Assembly: GCF_902713615.1 (NCBI RefSeq) | Contig: NC_052155.1 | Location: 103,771,103-103,835,102 of the forward strand | From: Scyliorhinus canicula | Taxonomy: Eukaryota | Direction: 5' to 3' | Length of the DNA: 64,000 nt | In this document: positions 12,950-21,975 of the stretch, piece by piece | Position numbering within the stretch: the stretch's first letter is position 1 | How the letters are laid out: each line of letters begins with the position of its first letter | Position numbers and translations under genes: made by a program | Notes under the pieces: model-generated | Database searches by the model: none | What the model was told of the DNA's origin: nothing | What the model saw: the letters and a program-made list of their open reading frames with translations, nothing else

Positions 12950-13244
12950 TGTCATAATCCACACAGGATTTACAAAGTGGCAATGATTAAATTCCCTGTG
13001 AGCCTCGCTGAATGTGAACTACCCCATTAGAGGGGGGGGGGGGGGGGGGGGGGGAGAGGGGGGGGGGGGGGTGGAACCCTAAACTATGGATAGCTGACCT
13101 TCTGTATGAAGTCGGCCAGTTTGAGTACCGACATAGCGGAAAGACACAGCTGAGATCTGTTGTGCAATGTAAATAATAGTTATTGTAAATAAAACTTTAT
13201 TTCCTTCCACAACTCGGTGTGGACTCCCTTTGTGGTCTACTAAA
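12950..13244 (+). mobile_element. Small solo LTR
   Basis: Starts TGTCATAAT, contains AATAAA. 3' part actcggtgtggactc is shared with the LTR at 31935. TSD AGCTC/AACTC. Confidence 0.65.
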
Positions 13245-13504
13245 AACTCCAAATGACTCATTAAGGGCCAACTATGTCCTAGCTCTGCTGAAGATGATAA
13301 TCTGCAGACTTTAGGGACACAGCCATTAAAATCTTTTTAAATGATTTATGTCCACCAAGAATTGCCCAAATCATTGAACTGTCTGTCAGGGAGCTTCGAC
13401 AACATGTCTGGAGATTATGGAAGCGTCCACTTCTGACTTGTGTGAAGTCCTCTTGCATGGCACCGAAGATGCGGTCAGTCAGAAAACATGTAGTCATTTC
13501 ACTA

Positions 13505-14235
13505 GATGCTGCAATTCTTTTCCCAAAATTGTGCAGAGTGTTGGATCAGGCGAGAAAAGCTGTGTGAAAATTGCTGGCTTCACAGCCACCTTTCCTCACC
13601 TGATTAAACGGCACTATGTGCATTTTCAGCCGGCTGAAAGGGCAGGGCCTAAACACGACGGCAATGCCAGGAATCTAGAATAAGGGCGCCCCCATCTCAA
13701 ATTTAAGCCTAAGGACCGCCCCCCCCCATGGACATCGGGACACCCCCACGATGGATAATATGAATGCCCTCCCCCCCACATGCTGATAGGGAACACCTCC
13801 CAATGGAGGGGGGTAACCCCCCTGCCAGTGCCCATGCCAGTGCCCCATACCAGTACACCTTACCAGTGCCCCCAGGCATTGCCTCCTGGCAGTGTTCAGG
13901 GGGCACTTTCAGGATGCTAGGGTGAAATGCAAAGGGAAGTCCCTCAACCCCCGGGGCCTGCAGGCACTTCTCCACCCCTGGTGTGGTCATCACGACTGGT
14001 TTACATCCTTGAAAACTAGTAGTGATTCACGTCAGCATGATGTCATGCCTCTGGGGTGGAGGAAGAGACATCATGGGAGGACATTGCGGCTTCAAGCCCA
14101 GTAATCAGATTATAATTTATTTGAATTCATGGAAATCAGATTAACGCCCTTGCTGGACATGAACATGATTTTGTCACTGCAAGGAAGACCTCAAATTCAG
14201 ATCTTGCCAGCGCAAAATCCTGTTTGTGACCGCTG
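13505..14235. mobile_element. Decayed Harbinger-type MITE
   Basis: GTGCCC/GGCAC-rich core and subterminal sequence resemble other MITEs in the window. TIRs degraded. Confidence 0.5.
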
Positions 14236-15647
14236 GTCATTATGGAATTTGAACCCGTGGTTAACGGGGCTGCTCGGTTACGGCCAATGACTTTTGTTGG
14301 ATTGCAGAGGTCTTTGTCATCAAACACTTGCTACTGCATTTCAGAGCGTCTTCAAAGCATTTTCCTGATTCTCTTCTGGAATGTCGACCATTTCAGTGTT
14401 AAAAAACAGGATCTAGAGGGTGAGAACTCTTCAACCTTCCATGCAAAATATCCATAACATTGAAGTTGATTTTTCAGTCGTTTTGCATTTGTCCAAGTTG
14501 GGTACAGATCTATTTGCAGGAATTGACTAAAATTGTAAGTCAGTTTCCCTAAAGAGGAGCAGTCTCATTGCGTACAATTCCTCATAAAACTACAAGCCCA
14601 AGGCCTACAAACTGTTGGGAAGAGTAAGGGTTCTCAAGAGTACTAACCCTTGTGCCCCACACAGCTAAAGCTTGGTTTGTTCCATTTTCCTCTTCTTGCT
14701 CTTCCTCCTTATTGTGTAGATGTTTAACAGTCACTCCAAATATTTCAACATCGCCAAAGTAGCAAAACGGACACGATATGTTACAAGCAAAATGCCTTTG
14801 AATCTTTCTAGCATTTTACCTGAGAGTTGCTGGTGCGAATTCCAACAAAGATCTCTGCAAATAGCTGTAATCTGACCAGTGCCGCCCATTGCTTGTAGAC
14901 AGGTTGAAGAACTGGTGGTAGCAAGGTGGATTGAGGTGAAAATGGGGTCAACATGTTAACTGTATTATCTGTCCTTAATTTGCATGTATTAATGTGGCTG
15001 TCAGCCTAAATTGTAGCCCTCCCGAAAATCAGTATGTTGGCAGGTTAATCCTCCATGTGATTATCATCTTGATGCTGTCCCGCATTTAGGCATAAATGGG
15101 GAAGAGTGACATGAAAATTGGCCTGGTGAGTCTTGCATCTGCCTTCGCACATTAACGTATAGTAAGGAAACAATATGTTTCTTTTATCTAATTGTTACAG
15201 CATGGTTATTGTCATATAGGATTTCAGCACTTCTTTTCTATGTGGGATGAATGAGTGAAAGTAACGCATACAGCCAAAAGTTATTGACGCAAATGGAAGA
15301 ATATTTAGAACAGCTGAAAATAAAAACCATTAGTGCCAATCTTTCACTAATATTTTTGAAGCAATTAGTGTTTGCATATAAAAATAAGGTCACTCTCAGG
15401 TGTGCTGCATAGAATGGGAGAAACACTTATGAATCTTTTTTTCACACAGCAGTTAGCAAAAATAAATTGCAACAGCCCAAACAGAATATCAGAGCATAGG
15501 GTACTTCAAAGTGCACAAATAATAATCACTTTGAAGGGTACATCGACTGAAGTTTTCTGGCAGCTTTATTTTTGTTTACAAAGTTGAGTTTCATATTTGG
15601 TCAAATATATTTATATCTTCTCTGAAGGGCAAAACTTCTGACACAAT

Positions 15648-16414
15648 GGGCGCGATTCAGTGGTCCTGTTGCTCCTGGCGCGTATCCGGGCGCAACAAGT
15701 GAAGCGTACACGAGCCCCAAATCAGGTCTGCGCAGGGCCGAACGCAAGTCACTCGACTCATTTCGTCCAGTGCAATCTGGATCTCGCCTTTACGACCTTA
15801 TGGCACATTTAAATACCCGGACGCCAGATTAGCCCGGCGCCCAGGACTCACTGGCTGCGCCTGGGAGACCTCATCAGGACACTGTTTAGTACTGGTACAC
15901 ACAAACGTGTAACAGCCCTGAGGATGGTCTCCCAGGCCAATGGAGATCCAGGATGGTCAGGGACAGGGAAGAGTGACACACTGGCACTCCTCCTGGCACC
16001 TGGGCACTGCCAGCCTGGCATTCTCACAGTGCCATCTGTGCCAGGGTGTCTATGTAGCACTGCCTTGGTGGATAGAATCTCCCCAAGGCCAATAAAAATG
16101 GCAAAGTGCTATTGGATAGCAGGATGTTTCTTGGCGCTGTAGCCAATGAGAAACACCTGCTATTGGATAGCAGGATGTTTCTTGGCGCTGTAGCCAATGA
16201 GAAACACCTGCTATTGGATAGCAGGATGTTTCTTGGCGCTGTAGCCAATGAGAAACACCTGCTATTGGATAGCAGGATGTTTCTTGGCGCTGTAGCCAAT
16301 GAGAAACACCTGCTATTGGATAGCAGGATGTTTCTTGGCGCTGTAGCCAATGAGAAACACCCCGCTAAACCCACTGTCCAGCGGACATGAACCTGAGCCC
16401 ACTGAATTGCGCCC
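15648..16414. mobile_element. Complete Harbinger-type MITE, 16-bp TIRs, AAT TSD
   Basis: GGGCGCGATTCAGTGG ... CCACTGAATTGCGCCC (15/16 match), with AAT on both sides. Confidence 0.9.
16107..16361. repeat. Minisatellite: 5 identical 51-bp hairpin units
   Basis: Unit TGCTATTGGATAGCAGGATGTTTCTTGGCGCTGTAGCCAATGAGAAACACC repeated five times with no spacers. Confidence 0.97.
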
Positions 16415-17276
16415 AATGCCCATATGTGCAAATGTCTCCTTGGCAGTGTTACCATATGATCTCCATATTATGTGCAGAAATGTAACTGTTGGGAGAACTT
16501 ATACTTCCTGAAGCATGAATACCTATATTAGGATATCTGGCAAAATGTCTCGTGCTCATTCACGTCCCAGTACAGTTTCTGCATTTGTTTCTTAGTCCAG
16601 TAACTGCCAGGGTCAGAATCATTCTCATTTACACATGCCTTTGGCTGCTCTTACGTGATCAAATAGACGAGAAAAGATGAGGCCGCAGAGAGCTGACTGC
16701 TGCCAAATAGTTTAATTGACTCTTTGATCCCTTTCCAAGTGGACAACCCACAAAAGACTATTATAACCATTGCAGATAACTGAGTTGAATGGATGTTGTG
16801 CAATATTAGTAACAATGCAAGACCAAACATAAGTAGGTTAATACATTCATTAAAATAGCTGATAATTAGAATTTTATTTAATCTGTTAATGTATTGCTAC
16901 TAATATTGTGCAGCGAACTTTCAGCCCAATACCTTTTGTTCTGAGCATTCATGTTCAGTGGTTGATTGTTATATTAATCAGCAGTTTACACAACCAGCAG
17001 TTGGGCCTAATTGTTGTTGCCCGTCCTGTTGGACATTATTTGAAGGGCATTTTTGATGCTGGCAAGAGCGAAAAATGATGGAAAAATAGATCGGGTGGGG
17101 TGGATAATGGTGGCTGATCCACAACTGTCACCAGCATGCTGAAGATGCACTTCAGGTACCTAGACAGATCTGAAGGTGCCCTTCAGACGTACTGGCCATG
17201 ATGTTCAGAATGATTCAGATTTGCAGCGCTCTGTGTAACTATGTTCAGCAGCAAGTGTCATGTGAGAGTACCCTTT

Positions 17277-17760
17277 GTGAGGGATAGAAACTGGGGACAT
17301 GAGAAATACTCAAGTGGTAATGGTAAAGGTAAAGGGGATTTGATGGGAGATAATAAGGAGAGTATACCTCAGAATTAAAAATAAATCCAGGAGGGTGGAA
17401 AAGAAATTAAAAGTTTCAAATGTTTCCACTGTAATAAACTAAGCCATGCAAAGTCACAGTGTTGGTGGTTGAAGAAAAGCACTGGGAAGGCTGATGCGGT
17501 AAAACAGGATAAGACAGTGGGGTCTGTTAAAGTGGTAAAGGAAAGCCCAAGTGAAGTGAAGGAAGTGCAAAAGATTGTACAGCCTGATCAAGAGGTGATT
17601 GAGAAGAAGGTGCCAGATCTCTTTAAATAATTTACTTGTGTGGGTAAAGTTTAATCAGGTGTATCAGAAGGAGCAGGTAAAGAAATCACAATGTTAAGAG
17701 ATACGGGAGCTAGTCAATCTTTAATGGCACGAGATGAGTAGTTATGTAGTTTGGGAAGAA
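17277..17760 (+). pseudogene. gag C-terminus (CCHC zinc knuckle) and aspartic protease
   Basis: CFHCNKLSHAKSQC (CX2CX4HX4C) at about 17421 and LRDTGASQSL at about 17694. Confidence 0.85.
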
Positions 17761-18288
17761 TGTTGCCAGAAAAGGTGGTAATATGTGGAATTCGGGGTGA
17801 GAGCAGTAGTGTTCCATTATATAAGGTAAGGTTGGAAAGTCCGGTGAAGAGTGAAGTGGTAATAGGAGTAATAGAGAAACTATCTTGTCCAGGAATACAG
17901 TTTATCTTGGATAATGATATAGCTGGATCGCAAGTGGGAGTGATGCCTACTGTGGTTGATAAGCCAGAGGAAAATCAGACAACTGAAGTGTTGAAGGACG
18001 AATATCCTGGGATTTTTCCGGATTGTGTAGTAACAAGTTTGCAAATTCACAGGTTAAGACCAGAGAAGAAATCAAAGAGTAAAGATGACGTTGAAGTGCA
18101 ATTGTCAGAAACGATTTTTGATCAGATGGCTGAAAAAGAACAAGAACAGGCGGAGGAGCAGGCGGATATTTTTAGTTCAGGAAAACTGGCGGAGTTACAA
18201 CAAAAAGATGAATAAATAAAATGGATGTATCAGAAAGTATACACGGAAGAGGAATCTGAGTGTATACCAGAGTGTTATTACCGTAAAA

Positions 18289-19400
18289 GTGATGAGAAAA
18301 TGGAGACCTTTACATGTGCAGGCGGATGAAAAGTGGGCAGAAGTTCATCAAGTAGTATTGCCGGTAGGGTATAGAAAGGAGGTGTTGCGAGTTGCACATG
18401 AGGTACCCGTGGGAGGTCATTTGGGAATAAGGAAAACTCAAGCTAAAATCCAGAAACATTTTTATTGGCCTGGACTACATAAAGATGTAGTTAAATTTTG
18501 TCAATCATGTCACACATGTCAAGTGATAGGGGAACCTCAGGCAGTGATAAAACCAGCGCCCTTAATACCATTTACAACACTTGAGGAACCTTTTACAAGG
18601 GTCCTACTTGATTGCTTAGGACCACTTCCTAAAACAAAAAGTGGGTATCAATATCTTTTGACTATAATGGATGTGTCTACTAGGTTTCCAGAGACCATTC
18701 CAGTACGTAATATTACAGCTAAAAAAATTGTGGAGGAATTAGTTAAATTCTTGACTAGATATGGACTACCCACAGAAATACAATCGGATCAAGGATCAAA
18801 TTTTACCTCAAGGTTATTCAAAGAAGTTGTGGATAGCTTAGGAATAAAACAATTTAAATCAACTGCACCATCCAGAATCGCAGGAGCATTGGAAAGGTGG
18901 CATCAGACATTAAAGACAATGTTGAGGGCTTATTGTCACGATTATCCAGAGGATTGGGATAAAGAAATTCCATTCGTACTGTTTGCAATTAGGGATGCAC
19001 CTAATGAGTCAACCAAATTTAGTCCTTTTGAACTAATTTTCGGACCACTTAAATTGATTAAGGAAAAATTGGTGAGCGAGAAATCAGAACTTATTATTGG
19101 ATTATGTGTCAAAATCTAGGGAACAATTAAATAGAGCAGGTGAATTGGCTAGACAACATTTGAAAGTTGCACAAAATGTGATAAAACGGGTAGCGGACAA
19201 GAAATCCAAAGTTCGTAGTTTTGCCAGTGGAGATAAAATTTTAGTGTTGTTACCAGTGGTAGGTGAATCTTTAAAAGCTAGGTTATGTGGACTTTATCGG
19301 ATTGAAAGGAAATTAAGTGAGGTGAATTATGTGGTACAAACACCAGATAGAAGGAAAACTCACCAAGTGTGTCATGTGAATATGCTTAAAAGGTACTTTG
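18289..19400 (+). pseudogene. Gypsy integrase (HHCC + DDE core + C-terminal module), frameshifted
   Basis: AHEVPVGGHLG..CQSCHTC; LLDCLGPLP; IQSDQGSNFTS; ERWHQTLK; GLYRIERK..NYVV..HVNMLK. Confidence 0.92.
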
Positions 19401-19639
19401 AAAGGGAAGGAGAGAAAAAGGAGGTTTTAATGATTCTAACTCAAAGTGATGAACCAAATCCAGAAGACTGTGAATTTGACATACCTCAAATTAAATTGAA
19501 AAATGAGGATGTTCTTAAAAATTGGGATAAATTGTTGTGTTATCTTCCAGAGGAAAAACAAACTGACCTGAAAGAGTTATTGATATCATCAGTTATTGAG
19601 ATAAATTGGGAAGTACTAAAACAGCTATACATGATGTAG

Positions 19640-20435
19640 ATGTGGGAAATGCTGTTCCAATCAACTTAACCCTTTAAAATCGGCATAGGTTAACAAAGAG
19701 ATTGAGAGTATGCTTAAAAATGGCATAATTGAAGTGGGTTGCAGCCAATGGAGTTCACCCATAGTTATGGTACCAAAACCAGATGGTACCCAACGGTTGT
19801 GTGTGGACTATAGAAAGATTAATGCAGTTACAAGAACGGACTCATATCCTATCCCACGTTTGGAGGATTGCATTGAGAAAGTGGGACAATCAGTTTTTAT
19901 TTCCAAATTGGATTTACTTAAAGGTTACTGGCAGGTACCTTTATCCGAAAGGGCGAAGGAGATTTCAGGTTTTGTGACTCCAGATGGTATATACCAAATC
20001 AAAGTTATGCCATTTGACATGGAAAACGCACCAGCCACATTTCAACGGTTAACTAACAAAGCTGTTTCAGAATTACCCAATTGTGCGGTGTACATCGACG
20101 ATATGATAATTTTCAGCCAGACATGGACAGAACATTTAAAACACCTGATGGAGTTATTTGATCAACTTCAGGAGGCGGGTTTGGTGATAAACCTAGCCAA
20201 AAGTGAATTTGGAAAAGCCCGAATCATTTTCCTTGAGGAGTTTTCGATACCCTCAAGACGAAGGGAAATAATGTGATTTCTTGGCATGAGTGGATTGGAT
20301 CGAACATTTGTGCAAATGTGATGGCTCCACTGATGGACTTGCTCAAGAAACTTCGAAAATTTCAATGGACAATGGACTTTCAACAGGCATTTGACTGCCT
20401 GAAAACTGTGATAACCAATGCTCCTGTGTTGGAGA
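19640..20435 (+). pseudogene. Gypsy reverse transcriptase and connection region (no RNase H follows)
   Basis: WSSPIVMVPKPDGTQRLCVDYRKINAVT, KLDLLKGYWQV, YIDD, APLMDLLKK..FQWT..AFDCLK..APVL. Confidence 0.92.
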
Positions 20436-20725
20436 ATTGCAAAGGACTCTGTGATCAGATTCAACTAAATTATCTGACTTTAAAGAGAAATGCTGAGGCA
20501 TAGAGCAATGGATGGATTGTGCAGAAACCTTCTTGTTCAAAGAGACTGTTAATTGAGAAGGATTTCAGTTGGTGGAAGGAGAATGAAAAAAAAATTGACT
20601 TTATTATTATACCTGTTTGCGTGTGTTGTTTTTTTAAAGAAAGTATATTTACTGGGTGCATTTCTTAAAGGTGAAAAATGAAACCATGTTGAAGTTGATG
20701 GTTTATTTTTTTCTTGTGGGGGAGG

Positions 20726-21333
20726 TGTCATGTGAGAGTACACTTTAAGAAATGGGTGTTTAAGAAATGTACCTTTAAGAAATGGAGCTGCTGATGTTTC
20801 TGGAGTGTTGTCAGAGTGTGGGTGGAGCTGAGCTCTACTTCTGCTTTTTTTTAGTTTCAGTGTGCGAAAGAGTTTGGGTGTGTCTGTGTTTTTCAGTGAG
20901 CTGAATCTGAAGTTAAAAGTGAGCTGCACTGCTCTGATCTCTGCCATCCAAAGACTATCTATGGATCATTTGGTGAATACAGAAGAATTATAAATGTTTT
21001 CAGTCTTGAATATAAACCCTAATGTGCTCCTGTTTGAAGGTTTGTTAAGTCTTTTGGATGTTAAAAGGACAGCATACAGATGACTTAGTGTTGTATTCTT
21101 TGGGGGGTGTATTTGATTTACTGGTTGCTTAGAAATTCACTGTTTGTTTTAAAAAGGTTAACTTGAGTTCACAGAATAAACATTGTTTTGTTTTTTTAAA
21201 AACTGGTCCTTTTTCTGCTGTACCATACCTGTAGAGTGAGCCGTGTGCTCCCCATACCACAATCTATTAAAAGTTGTGGGTCAGGTGAACTCCATGATAC
21301 ACTTTGGGATTCTCTAAACCCTGACCCATAACA
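20726..21333 (+). repeat. 3' LTR (608 bp) preceded by PPT GGGGGAGG
   Basis: TGTCA...TAACA termini, AATAAA at about 21175, PPT at 20718-20725. Confidence 0.92.
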
Positions 21334-21594
21334 CAAGAACAAGTCAAAGGGTTTTGGATGATTCAAAGAGCCGGAGGAAAATAGAAGAGGAAAAGGTGGG
21401 TGATGAGAACAATGCACACCAGGCTGCTTACAGTAGCTATTGGCCTTATTAATATATGGTTCATTTAAGTTCACCAGTGGACCCATGTTATCAGAAAACA
21501 CAAAGACGCACACTACCCACCCCCACAATGCCACTGATATGAAGCAGATATGCAACCAACAAACTATTCCATGAACCCCCCCCCCCCTTTTGGT

Positions 21595-21745
21595 TATTCA
21601 TGAATGTCTGCCTTCTCTACCTTATCCCTTGCCTGAAGTGTGGTGATCCTCAGGTAAAATCACCAGCAGTCAGCTCTCCCCCTCAAAGGGGAAAGCAGCC
21701 TCTGGTCATCTGGGACTATGGTAACTTTACCTTACCTTTACCTTG
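21595..21745 (+). mobile_element. 3' fragment of a SINE/LINE with an (ACCTT)n tail
   Basis: Hairpin ctctccccctcaaaggggaaag and tail actttaccttacctttacct, resembling Vingi/Sauria-type tails. Confidence 0.5.
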
Positions 21746-21975
21746 AACAATCTCCCATTGGCTCCCATCTATTCATGCCTTACTATTCATCATTACTGAT
21801 GAAAACATCTGGATGTCAGTGAATGTGCAACTGTACTCATCCGTCCTGATCTGTTTAGGTCATTAAAGTTATTTTCTGCATCGAATCGAGGAGCATGGTT
21901 CCACAGTCCTGTTGCTAAACTCCTCTCTAATGTCCAACCATGTCTTCTTTGTCTCAGTAACTGACTTTTCCCTCC

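Larger units (their letters stand above)
17256..21333 (+). mobile_element. Gmr1-like Ty3/Gypsy LTR retrotransposon (gag-PR-INT-RT order), 5' LTR reduced to a stub
   Basis: TSD CAAG at 17252-17255 and 21334-21337. 21-bp LTR stub TGTCATGTGAGAGTACCCTTT. CCHC knuckle, DTG protease, integrase, RT, PPT and complete 3' LTR. Confidence 0.93.

Noticed and set aside
13032-13071. Very long poly-G run
   Set aside because: Homopolymer expansion inside a solo LTR; length unreliable and no evidence of function.
16107-16361. CRISPR-like array of palindromic repeats
   Set aside because: Units are contiguous with no unique spacers, there are no cas genes, the context is eukaryotic, and it lies inside a MITE.
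20549-21555. Antisense ORFs of 132 and 119 aa as accessory/env genes
   Set aside because: They lie mostly within the LTR and show no signal peptide, furin site or recognisable domain.
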